The notes: a model not told the origin generated them from the sequence alone. DNA of 50,308 nt from an uncultured Acidimicrobiia bacterium (GCA_964347285.1 CAYFYE010000007.1:1-50308); one strand, 5' to 3'; positions 27,142 to 35,106 are shown, counted from the stretch's first letter. Numbers and translations: made by a program.

Positions 27142-28832
27142 GCATGGATCGGAAACGGCAGGCCCCGAGATTGTTCCTCTTCGGGGCGTCCGCGCTGGTT
27201 GCGGTCGCATTGGCCGTAGCCGGTGCCGCAGCAGCGGCCGGTGCCGCCACCCCGAAGCAGGATCTACCGACCGCCAGAGCCCTCTCTTCAGAGCTCCAGT
27301 ACCAGATCGATGACATCGATGAAGACTCCGAGCCGATCTACGCCGAGCAATGCGCTGCCTGCCATGGCGCGGACGGCGAAGGCGGCGTGGGGCCCGCCTT
27401 CACCGAGAGCACGCTCACGTTGCCCGAGCGAGTGGATCTCATCACGGAGGGCCGCGGCGGCATGCCGGGATTCGACGCGACCCTCACCGCCGACCAGATC
27501 GCTGCGATGGCCTCCTTCCTGGACACATTCGTCGCCCAGGAGATCTACAGACAGCAGTGTGCCCCCTGTCACGGTGCCGATGGCGAGGGCGGGATCGGCC
27601 CGGGACTACAGCAAAGCAACCTGACGGACGCCGAGGCACTGGACATCATCGGTCAGGGGCAGGGGGCCATGCCGGCCTTCGGCCCCACCCTCACCGCCGA
27701 CCAGCTCGCCGCCGTGACGGATTTCACCGTCGGCCTCAGATCCATCGAGGCCATAGGGGAACAGGTCTACGTGGAGCAGTGTGCGCCTTGCCACGGCCTC
27801 GAGGGCGAGGGCGGGGTCGGCACCAACCTGCAGACGAGTGTTCTGCCACGACAGGAGCTCTCGACCCTCATCACCGAGGGGCGTGGCGGTATGCCGGCTT
27901 TCGCTGCCACGCTCGGCCCGGAGGAGATCGAGGGTGTCGCCGACTACGTTGCCGGGCTGCGGGCGGCGACGGAGGAGCCGAGCGCCGCGGAAGCGGGGGC
28001 CGAGCTCTTTTCCCAGCATTGTGCCGCTTGTCACGGCGCCGACGGTTCCGGAGGTACCGGTCCATCCCTGACGGAGTCCGACCTCTCCTTCAGTGAGATG
28101 GTCTTGCTGGTGGCGGAAGGGCGAGGGCCCATGCCTCGCTTCTCAGAGACTCTGTCCGGCGATGAGATTCAGGCGGTGGCCACTTACACCGCCGGGCTCG
28201 AGCCGGCGGAGATCGCCCAACCAGAACCGGCCGGGGCCGAGCTCTACTCCCAGCAATGTGCCGGTTGCCACGCCGCCGATGGCTCGGGGGGGGTGGGACC
28301 CTCCCTGCAGACTGCGGCTCTTTCGAACGAAGAGCTGCTGGCGCTGGTCTCCGACGGCGCCGGCTCCATGCCCGGCTTTGCCGCTACGCTCACCGACGAT
28401 GAGATCCAGGCGCTGATCGCCTACGTCCGGGAGTCGCTGGTCGTCGAAGTCGAAGAGGGCGCTGCCGGGCCGACCGGGCAAGAGCTGTTCGAGGCCGAAT
28501 GTGCGCCGTGTCATGGAGTTCAGGGCGAAGGAGGCATCGGGCCCTCGTTGCGCGAATCCGATCTCTCGGTGAACCACGTGATCTCGCAAATCTTCGGTGG
28601 TCACGGTCCCGAAATGCCGGCATTCGAGGGAGAGCTCGACTCCGGCCAGGTCCAGGCAGTGGCCCAGTACGTCCTGTCTCTGCGGGATGTGGCTCAGCCG
28701 GACGAGGGCGGCGGAGTGGGCCTGTTTGTGATCGTGGCTGTCATCGTCGGCGCTGTGGTGGTGATCTCCGCAGGACTGGCTTGGCTGAGAACACAGAAGA
28801 GGGACCGGTCGGACTCCGACGTCCAGGTCTGA
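27138..28832 (+). CDS. Membrane-anchored cytochrome c built from six tandem class I (c551/c6-like) domains
   Basis: CAACH, CAPCH, CAPCH, CAACH, CAGCH, CAPCH, each followed by G.GG.G and MPxF; N-terminal signal and C-terminal TM. Confidence 0.88.
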   Translation: MSMDRKRQAPRLFLFGASALVAVALAVAGAAAAAGAATPKQDLPTARALSSELQYQIDDIDEDSEPIYAEQCAACHGADGEGGVGPAFTESTLTLPERVDLITEGRGGMPGFDATLTADQIAAMASFLDTFVAQEIYRQQCAPCHGADGEGGIGPGLQQSNLTDAEALDIIGQGQGAMPAFGPTLTADQLAAVTDFTVGLRSIEAIGEQVYVEQCAPCHGLEGEGGVGTNLQTSVLPRQELSTLITEGRGGMPAFAATLGPEEIEGVADYVAGLRAATEEPSAAEAGAELFSQHCAACHGADGSGGTGPSLTESDLSFSEMVLLVAEGRGPMPRFSETLSGDEIQAVATYTAGLEPAEIAQPEPAGAELYSQQCAGCHAADGSGGVGPSLQTAALSNEELLALVSDGAGSMPGFAATLTDDEIQALIAYVRESLVVEVEEGAAGPTGQELFEAECAPCHGVQGEGGIGPSLRESDLSVNHVISQIFGGHGPEMPAFEGELDSGQVQAVAQYVLSLRDVAQPDEGGGVGLFVIVAVIVGAVVVISAGLAWLRTQKRDRSDSDVQV

Positions 28833-28877
28833 CCAGGGCTCATTTCCCATCTCGGCGCGCCGAGGCCGTACTTCCGC

Positions 28878-28911
28878 GAGAGAGGCCGGGCCCATTCGCC
28901 CGGCCTCTCTC
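28878..28911. terminator. Hairpin between convergent genes (probable bidirectional terminator)
   Basis: GAGAGAGGCCGGGC-ccattc-GCCCGGCCTCTCTC, 14-bp perfect stem. Confidence 0.7.
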
Positions 28912-28928
28912 TCCTCTGCGAGGTGAGG

Positions 28929-31166
28929 CTACGGTCTGGTCATTCCGCTGGTGTCTCCACCGATGTCGGCGAGCGAGTCGTACAGCAGCTGCAGCACGTA
29001 CGCCGGGTTGTGGGCGAACCCACCGGGGTCTTTGGAGGCGTACTGGTAGTTGTACGCAGCTCTCAGCAGCCTGGGCGTCCAGGTGACGTATCGGTTGTCG
29101 AAGGCTGCCTCCTCATCGTCGGGTTCGCCATCGCCATCGGAATCGATGAAGAAGTACGGATAGGCGGCTGAGGAATAGATCACCGGGTCCACCCCCTCGG
29201 TCGCGACCGTGTAGTCCTGTATCGCGGCGAGGAGGGCGGCCTTGAGGGTGTCGATCTCTCCATAGATGCCCTCGGCCTCGTTGCCATCGCCGTCGAAGTC
29301 CCCTTCGGTCAATCGGATGTCCTTGAGGTCTTCGAACGCGGCGACGTCGCTGTGACATGCGGAGCACTCCTGGACCTTGACCTCGAGCTTGTGCTGGTCG
29401 TGGCACTCGGTGCAGGTGTCGAACGGCTCGACGTGCTCACGGCGGCCCGCGTAGGTGTTGCCTTCGTATTCGTAGCCGCCCATCGCCTCGGTGCCGAACA
29501 GAGTGGCACCGGCCGCGAAATAGTGGATGTTCACGAACCGGAGATCCTCGCTCACCGTGTCGTCGGGAGTGTCGCCGATCACGTTGTTGACGCTCACCGC
29601 CGATTCGCGGCCCTGGTGACAGGTCATGCAGAGGTTGGCATCCGGGTCACCGCTGTCGACCGTCTTCCCGCTGGGGAACGTGACCTCCAGGGCCTCGTGG
29701 CGAGTGTACGTCTCCAGATCGTTGTGGCACGTCGAACACAGGAAGCCGTTGGTCGGCGGCTGGTTTATGACGACACCTTGCTCGAGGAACAGGGGCAGGC
29801 CGCCGGCAGAGTGGCAACGAGCGCACATGTAGGGCCCGCCGCCGGGCACCACCGCCGGATCATCCTCGTCCCAGTGACGGAACGCCTCCTCGGAACCGGC
29901 GAAGTGCCCATGGTCGATCCGGCTCATGCCCTCAAGAGATACTGGAGTGCTTAGCGCTTCGTTGAGGTTCTCGATCGAGTCGTACATCAGCTGGATGTGG
30001 TACTTGCCGCCGTGGGCGAAGTTGCCCGGGTCCTTGAGCGAGAACTGGTAGTTGTAGGCCGCCTTCAGGAGCCGTGGCGTCCAGGCGTTGTACTGGTTGG
30101 GGAACGCCGCCTCGTCTCCGTCCACCTCGCCGTCGCCGTCCGTGTCGATGAAGAAATACGGGTAGGCGGCGCTGTCGTAGACGATCGGCGTACCGGACAC
30201 CTCTTCGGCGTACAGCTGTAGGGCCTCCAGGAGCTTCTCTCTCAGTCCCTCGAGCTCGAACGGCATGCCCTCGGTGATGTCTCCGTCTCCGTCGTAGTCG
30301 ACCTGGGAGCCGGGCATCCGGTTCTGTTTGAGGTCTTCGGTGGTCTGCAGGTCTACGACCACGCCTCCGCCGTCGGCCAGCACCGGGTTGCTGTGGCAAG
30401 TGGCGCACTCGTCGAGCTTGAGCTCGAGGGTGTGTGGGTCGTGGCACTGATGGCACGCGGTGTAACCCTCCACATGGGTGAAGAAGGCGTCGTAGGTCTT
30501 GCCGTCGTACTCATAGCCGCCCTTGGCCTCGGTGCCGTACTTCGATGCGGCGGCGGCGTAGTAGTGGATGTTGAGGAAGCCGAGATCCTCGCTCACCTCG
30601 TCATCGTCGGCACCGGCCTCCTCGATGGCGGCGTTCACGCTGACGGTCGAGTGCCGCCCCTGGTGGCAGTTCATGCACCGGGCCTCGCGTCCGAGGCCGG
30701 TGAGGACCAACCCGGACGGCATCTCCACCGAGTCGAGGGTCAGAGTGACGTCGTTGTGGCACGTCACGCACGAAATCGTGGTCCCCGGATCGACGTCGGC
30801 TTCGACCGAGCCGAAGGCGCTGCCGTCGACACCGAGGAAGTCGAGGTGGCCTGTTTGACTGTGGCATCTGGCACACGTCGACGGTATCACCGGCGGGTCG
30901 TCCTCGTCCCAGTGGCGGAATGCCTCGGCGTTGACGTCGTTGTGGCCCGACCCCGTCCATCTTTCGAGGAAGGGGACTGTGACCTCGGCGGCCGCGACCG
31001 GGGGCGCCTCGGCAGCGGTGGTCTCGGGAGCCGCCTCGGTCTCCTCCGGGGCGGCCGTTTCGGGCGCGGCTGTAGTGTCGGCTGCCCCATCTTCGCACGC
31101 CGCCAACACCAGCGAGAACGCGATCAGAACTGCCCCGAATGAGAGCAACTTGCTGTGCCGTCGCAC
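28929..31166 (-). CDS. Decaheme cytochrome c lipoprotein (two tandem pentaheme modules)
   Basis: Lipobox LAA-C; Ala/Glu/Thr/Pro linker; CARCH, CVTCH, CMNCH, CHQCH, CATCH / CARCH, CSTCH, CMTCH, CTECH, CSACH; each half ends AAYNYQ..KDPG.FAH..Y..QL.YDS. Confidence 0.88.
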   Translation of the reverse strand: MRRHSKLLSFGAVLIAFSLVLAACEDGAADTTAAPETAAPEETEAAPETTAAEAPPVAAAEVTVPFLERWTGSGHNDVNAEAFRHWDEDDPPVIPSTCARCHSQTGHLDFLGVDGSAFGSVEADVDPGTTISCVTCHNDVTLTLDSVEMPSGLVLTGLGREARCMNCHQGRHSTVSVNAAIEEAGADDDEVSEDLGFLNIHYYAAAASKYGTEAKGGYEYDGKTYDAFFTHVEGYTACHQCHDPHTLELKLDECATCHSNPVLADGGGVVVDLQTTEDLKQNRMPGSQVDYDGDGDITEGMPFELEGLREKLLEALQLYAEEVSGTPIVYDSAAYPYFFIDTDGDGEVDGDEAAFPNQYNAWTPRLLKAAYNYQFSLKDPGNFAHGGKYHIQLMYDSIENLNEALSTPVSLEGMSRIDHGHFAGSEEAFRHWDEDDPAVVPGGGPYMCARCHSAGGLPLFLEQGVVINQPPTNGFLCSTCHNDLETYTRHEALEVTFPSGKTVDSGDPDANLCMTCHQGRESAVSVNNVIGDTPDDTVSEDLRFVNIHYFAAGATLFGTEAMGGYEYEGNTYAGRREHVEPFDTCTECHDQHKLEVKVQECSACHSDVAAFEDLKDIRLTEGDFDGDGNEAEGIYGEIDTLKAALLAAIQDYTVATEGVDPVIYSSAAYPYFFIDSDGDGEPDDEEAAFDNRYVTWTPRLLRAAYNYQYASKDPGGFAHNPAYVLQLLYDSLADIGGDTSGMTRP

Positions 31167-31224
31167 GACCCGTCCTCCCTGCTTTTGGTACCAGACACAG
31201 TGTCGACAAAACGCCGGCTCATCG

Positions 31225-31244
31225 ATAGGGGCCTATGGCTCTAT
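31225..31244. promoter_or_regulatory. DosR/DevR-like palindrome upstream of the decaheme gene
   Basis: ATA-GGGGC-CTAT-GGCTC-TAT. Confidence 0.55.
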
Positions 31245-31452
31245 TGGCGGGTGATTTTTCGCGCTTCTGCGGACAGTCGACCGTGACCGAGCGTCCTCGT
31301 CCGGTGGCGGAGGGTCTCCTCCGAACCGGTGAAGGCCGCTGATCGTTGCGGCGCTTGCACGAGAACCGGTGCCGCGAGAGCTCCGCCCGTGCCTGTCAGC
31401 ACCACTCCGCGGGCGACCCGCCGAGTCGAGTGTCAGGGCGGCGGCTCGGGGG

Positions 31453-32547
31453 TCAGGGTGCTGTGGTCGTCGTCGTGGTCTCGGAGACGACTGCTTCCGG
31501 CAGTACCTCGAGCGCGTACTCCAGCAAGGCCCTGGCGAACGGCGGATTGTGGACGCCCTTGCTCTGATCTTCGAGGACGAACATGTAGTTCCACATCGCG
31601 TTGGCGACTTCTTCGGGGAACGTGCCCTCGACCGACCGGTTCTCCGACAGTTCCTCGCCTTCGCCGATGTCGACCAGGATGCCGGCGGCGCTCAATCGAG
31701 CCTTGGTCTCCGCCAGCATCTCCTCGATCTCGGTCTGGACTCCATTGCGATCGAAGGTGTCCAGATCGGCATGACAGCTCTGGCAATTGTCCAGGCTGGG
31801 TTCGAACGTGTGATTGCGGCTCTCGCCCATGTGGCAGCCGACGCAGGTGTTCTCGACCGCATAGTGGAAACTCTCCGAGCCGGTGACCCCAAGTCCGCCG
31901 ATGCCGAGCAACATCTGTGATTCGACGCCATGATGTGTGCCGAAGCGAGTGCTACCGGTCTCGATCTCACCGCCGGTCGCCACCGGCAACTCGTTGCGGA
32001 TCTGGTGGCAGTTCGCGCACAGGTTGCCGAGACCCCCGTCGAACGTGCCGCCGGTTGTCTCCATCTCCGCGGGTTGGGCATCCCCGGTCAGGGAGAAGTC
32101 GGCAGCCGTGTAGGTGGTGTGGATGTCGTGGCACGTGCGACAGGTATATGGCGAAACGTTGACTATGCCCTCCACCGAGGGGTCGTGCGGTGGAAGTCCC
32201 GCCTCGATGCGCGTTTCGGCGCCCTCGCTCCCGTGACACCCCGCGCAGTTGGTGTTTTCGCCTCGTATGAATGCCTCTCCGGCTCCGTGCAACGACTCCT
32301 CCAACTGCGCCTGCTTGGAGACGAGGAGCGTCCCGCTTTCGTGGCATTCGGTGCACGTGAGGTCGGTCGCGACGGCCGCCTCGGCGGCAGGACCGGGGGG
32401 CCCCTCAGGACCGGGAGGACCGGGGGGGCCTTCAGGACCGGCAGGACCGGTATCACCACTGCAGCTGGCCAGGGCAAGGAGAAGGCCGACCATCAGCGCC
32501 AAGGGGACGTACCGGCTGAGGGGGCGGTGTCGGTGTTCTCGGTGCAT
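31453..32547 (-). CDS. Hexaheme cytochrome c lipoprotein with a collagen-like stalk
   Basis: Lipobox LAS-C; (Gly-X-Y)8 GDTGPAGPEGPPGPPGPEGPPGPA; CTECH, CAGCH, CRTCH, CANCH, CVGCH, CQSCH; WNY..VLEDQSKGVHNP; GGAGGAG RBS. Confidence 0.88.
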   Translation of the reverse strand: MHREHRHRPLSRYVPLALMVGLLLALASCSGDTGPAGPEGPPGPPGPEGPPGPAAEAAVATDLTCTECHESGTLLVSKQAQLEESLHGAGEAFIRGENTNCAGCHGSEGAETRIEAGLPPHDPSVEGIVNVSPYTCRTCHDIHTTYTAADFSLTGDAQPAEMETTGGTFDGGLGNLCANCHQIRNELPVATGGEIETGSTRFGTHHGVESQMLLGIGGLGVTGSESFHYAVENTCVGCHMGESRNHTFEPSLDNCQSCHADLDTFDRNGVQTEIEEMLAETKARLSAAGILVDIGEGEELSENRSVEGTFPEEVANAMWNYMFVLEDQSKGVHNPPFARALLEYALEVLPEAVVSETTTTTTAP

Positions 32548-32726
32548 TGGCTCCTCCCAAGACGTTCTGTTATCGCAAGGCGTCCCTATTGGTCATCTTG
32601 TGTGACCCGGACTGTGGGGGATGATTCGGAGGGTTTACAGGCCGGCGAAACAGTCGCCGTCGCGATCGGCAGAATCCGTCCTCCCTGTTGGTCGACGGGG
32701 CCTAGCGTTGATGAACGGCCGGATCA

Positions 32727-32752
32727 CAGATAGGGCCTTTAGGCCCTATCTG
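32727..32752. promoter_or_regulatory. Perfect palindrome containing a DosR/DevR-like core, upstream of the hexaheme gene
   Basis: CAGATAGGGCCT-TT-AGGCCCTATCTG (12-bp arms). Confidence 0.65.
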
Positions 32753-32930
32753 GTAGCCAGTTTTTGCCGCTCCGAGGGTCGATTCGGCCGGGCCACCACT
32801 GCAGCCAGTGTCCGCTCCTACCGGGAGTGCGAGGGGGTCAGGGTTCGGCGCCGATCGCTTGTGGGGCGGTATGGCTGCCGGAGAGCCATCGGACTGTCCT
32901 GGCGAGCGGCCATGGTATAGGGGTCAATGG

Positions 32931-33146
32931 CGTCCCCTGCACACCGGGGTGGTGTCGCCGGCGGCCACAGAGGTGGCACGGTCGCCGGCCGCCGAGTGGA
33001 AGCCGAGGTAAACGTCGGGCGCACAAAATTCGCGGGCGAACCCCTGCCCGGCCGTGCGGTGACCTCTGGAAGGGGGCTCAACGGGCCGCAGGAGCTCACT
33101 GGATCCCCGAACACCTGGGCTCGGCGACGGCCGTCTCGTTGACGGC
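32931..33146 (+). ncRNA. Candidate structured ncRNA (long irregular rod; possibly 6S/Ms1-like)
   Basis: Nested complementary segments 32954-60/33122-28, 32961-66/33084-89, 32968-74/33062-68, 32976-84/33049-57; upstream TGGTATAGG; 3' hairpin at 33130-33146. Family and strand not established. Confidence 0.3.
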
Positions 33147-33158
33147 GAGGACCGTTCC

Positions 33159-33803
33159 CTACTCCGGGTTGCCCACCCCGCCGGTGCATGTGCCGTTGGG
33201 TTCGGGAGTGTCCGGCCCGTTCTTCATCGAGATCACGAACTGAGAGAGGCGGGGATCGTCGGCTCCGTCGAGACGGATCTGGTTTCCCCACGTCGAGGCG
33301 ACCACCGGAACGTCCAGGCCCGGGTACGGGCTCACCAACACCTCGGGCTGATCGGCGAAGTCGCGCAGCACGTCGACGGAGTCTTGGTCGAGTTCGGGCT
33401 GATAGGTGATCCACACCACCCCGTGCTCCAACGAGTGAACGCCGAGCTCATTGGGGATCGGGGTCGAGTAGTAGCCGCAGTTCTGCCAGGCGGGGGAGTG
33501 GAGTCCGCCGACCGGAGGCGACTGCTCGTAGGCGACCGGCTCATCGGTGTGGGCCGCAGGCAGGCCGAAGTAGCGCTCGATCCCTTCCGGGGGGTCGGCG
33601 GATCCACCCCCGAGACTGCCGAAGGCGAGGGCCAGCAGCACCACCAGCCCCACCGCCCCACCGCCCCAGATGAGCCACTTGCCCCAGGGACGTTTCGGCT
33701 TCTGCTCGACCGGCGTCGTAGCTCGTGGGGCGGCGCGGGACGGCGACTTCTTCTTGGCGGCGGTCGCCTTGGTCTTGGCGCGGGTGCGCGGCTTGTTACC
33801 CAT
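33159..33803 (-). CDS. DUF3105-domain membrane-anchored protein
   Basis: Basic N-terminus plus TM; Y..SPPVGGLH, NCGYY, VHSLEHGVVWITY, SPYP, WG motifs. Confidence 0.85.
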   Translation of the reverse strand: MGNKPRTRAKTKATAAKKKSPSRAAPRATTPVEQKPKRPWGKWLIWGGGAVGLVVLLALAFGSLGGGSADPPEGIERYFGLPAAHTDEPVAYEQSPPVGGLHSPAWQNCGYYSTPIPNELGVHSLEHGVVWITYQPELDQDSVDVLRDFADQPEVLVSPYPGLDVPVVASTWGNQIRLDGADDPRLSQFVISMKNGPDTPEPNGTCTGGVGNPE

Positions 33804-33837
33804 GCCTTTCGTCGCAAGCCTATCGGGGCCCCACAGG

Positions 33838-34830
33838 TTACCGGTCCGGAGCCAGCAGCCCCACTTCTTGCAGCCACGGCACACACGCCGCCACACCAGC
33901 TTCCAGGTCGTAGCGAGGCTGCCAGTCGAGGCGCGCTCGGGCCTTGTCCATCGGATAGCGCTTGGTTCGCTCGAGATAGTCGAGCATCAGCGGTGCCTCC
34001 TTGAGGTAGGTGTGGCGAGGGGCCAACGGCGCTGCCAGCCGGGTGGCCCCCCGGAGGAGACCGGTGGGAACGCCCAGCCACGACTCGTTGCCGACCAGCC
34101 GGCCGTAGGCGTGGTGGTACTCCTTGACTGTGGGCGACGGATCGAGTGCGCAATTGAACGCTTCATTGGTGGCGGCGGCATGGGTGGCGGCGACGAGGCA
34201 CAGATCGACGACGTCATCGACGAATATCACCGGGAGAGTTCCCCGGCCGCTGCCGACGAAGACGATCGGTCGGCGGCGGACCCGCTTGAAATAGCCCTTG
34301 GTCCAATAGCCGGCCTCGGGACCGAAGATGCCGGCCGGGCGGATGATGGCCACCTCGAGGCCCCGGCGTGCAGCGATCTCTCGAGCGGCGTGCTCTCCTT
34401 CTGCTTTGCTCGTCGAGTAGGCATGGTCAGACGGGGCGAGCTCGGTCTCCTCCGGGTAGGTAGCGGCGGTGAACCCGTAGGCGGCGATCGACGAGATGTG
34501 GACGGCCCGGGCCGCTCCGGCGGCCGCGGCTGCGCCCAACACATTGGCGGTTCCCTCGACGTTGGTGTGACGCTGATGGGAGAGCGAACCGCCCATGGCC
34601 GCCGCAGCGTGGATGACCAGGTCGCAGCCGGCGACCAGTTCGCTCATGCAGGCTTCGTCGGTGATGTCCCCGTAGACGACATCGCTGTCGGCGGGCAGTC
34701 GCCGGGCTCTCTCCTCGGAGCGGGCCAGGGCGCGGACCCGGGCACCCTCGGCCACCAGGCGGCGGGTCAGGGCCCGGCCCAGGAATCCGGTGGCTCCGGA
34801 GATGAAAACGGTCCGGTCGGTGAGGGTCAT
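33838..34830 (-). CDS. NAD-dependent epimerase/dehydratase (extended SDR)
   Basis: SGATGFLG, HAAA, NVEGT, SSIAAYG, YSTSK, RPAGIFGP motifs. Confidence 0.9.
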   Translation of the reverse strand: MTLTDRTVFISGATGFLGRALTRRLVAEGARVRALARSEERARRLPADSDVVYGDITDEACMSELVAGCDLVIHAAAAMGGSLSHQRHTNVEGTANVLGAAAAAGAARAVHISSIAAYGFTAATYPEETELAPSDHAYSTSKAEGEHAAREIAARRGLEVAIIRPAGIFGPEAGYWTKGYFKRVRRRPIVFVGSGRGTLPVIFVDDVVDLCLVAATHAAATNEAFNCALDPSPTVKEYHHAYGRLVGNESWLGVPTGLLRGATRLAAPLAPRHTYLKEAPLMLDYLERTKRYPMDKARARLDWQPRYDLEAGVAACVPWLQEVGLLAPDR

Positions 34831-35005
34831 GGGATCCGTGATGGCCGCCTCTGCTCAGGACGTCTCGATGTCCGTCGGCTTTCTACCTCGCGGCGAGCCG
34901 CTTCGCGAAAGAAACCGGGCCCTCGCGAAACAAAACCAGCGGCCTCCCTTGACCGTCGCCGGGGGGAGGGCTACAAACCTCGACCGCAAGATCATGCAAA
35001 TACCC

Positions 35006-35035
35006 TTGACGTAATCACATTGATGTGATTATGAT
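35006..35035 (+). promoter_or_regulatory. Sigma70/SigA-type promoter of nrdJ with a palindromic operator in the spacer
   Basis: TTGACG (35006-11), 18-nt spacer, TATGAT (35030-35); inverted repeat TAATCACAT-TG-ATGTGATTA (35012-31). Confidence 0.7.
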
Positions 35036-35048
35036 TGCGGTCCTGGCA

Positions 35049-35096
35049 CCGCAAGATGCTGTGGTCCAGCTACTTCCCCACCACCACATCTTGTAG
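35049..35096. promoter_or_regulatory. Tandem NrdR boxes
   Basis: CCGCAAGATGCTGTGG (35049-64) and CCACCACATCTTGTAG (35081-96), starts 32 nt apart, directly upstream of an RNR gene. Confidence 0.8.
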
Positions 35097-35097
35097 C

Positions 35098-35106
35098 TGT
35101 GGATAA
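35098..35106 (-). promoter_or_regulatory. DnaA box
   Basis: TGTGGATAA, the exact reverse complement of consensus TTATCCACA. Confidence 0.6.

Noticed and set aside
27300..28700. Regularly spaced DNA repeats suggestive of a CRISPR array
   Set aside because: They are degenerate in-frame coding repeats of cytochrome domains; no identical repeat-spacer structure or cas genes.
23271..28832. Calling the operon alternative complex III (actABCDEF) or nrfABCD
   Set aside because: No ActA pentaheme, ActB Mo-fold domain, ActD or ActF, and no NrfA (no CxxCK heme).
28929..32547. MtrA/MtrC decaheme or OmcS nanowire assignment from heme counts
   Set aside because: Heme spacing and the helical AAYNY/WNY..D..G.HN ends do not fit those families, and no MtrB-like porin is present.
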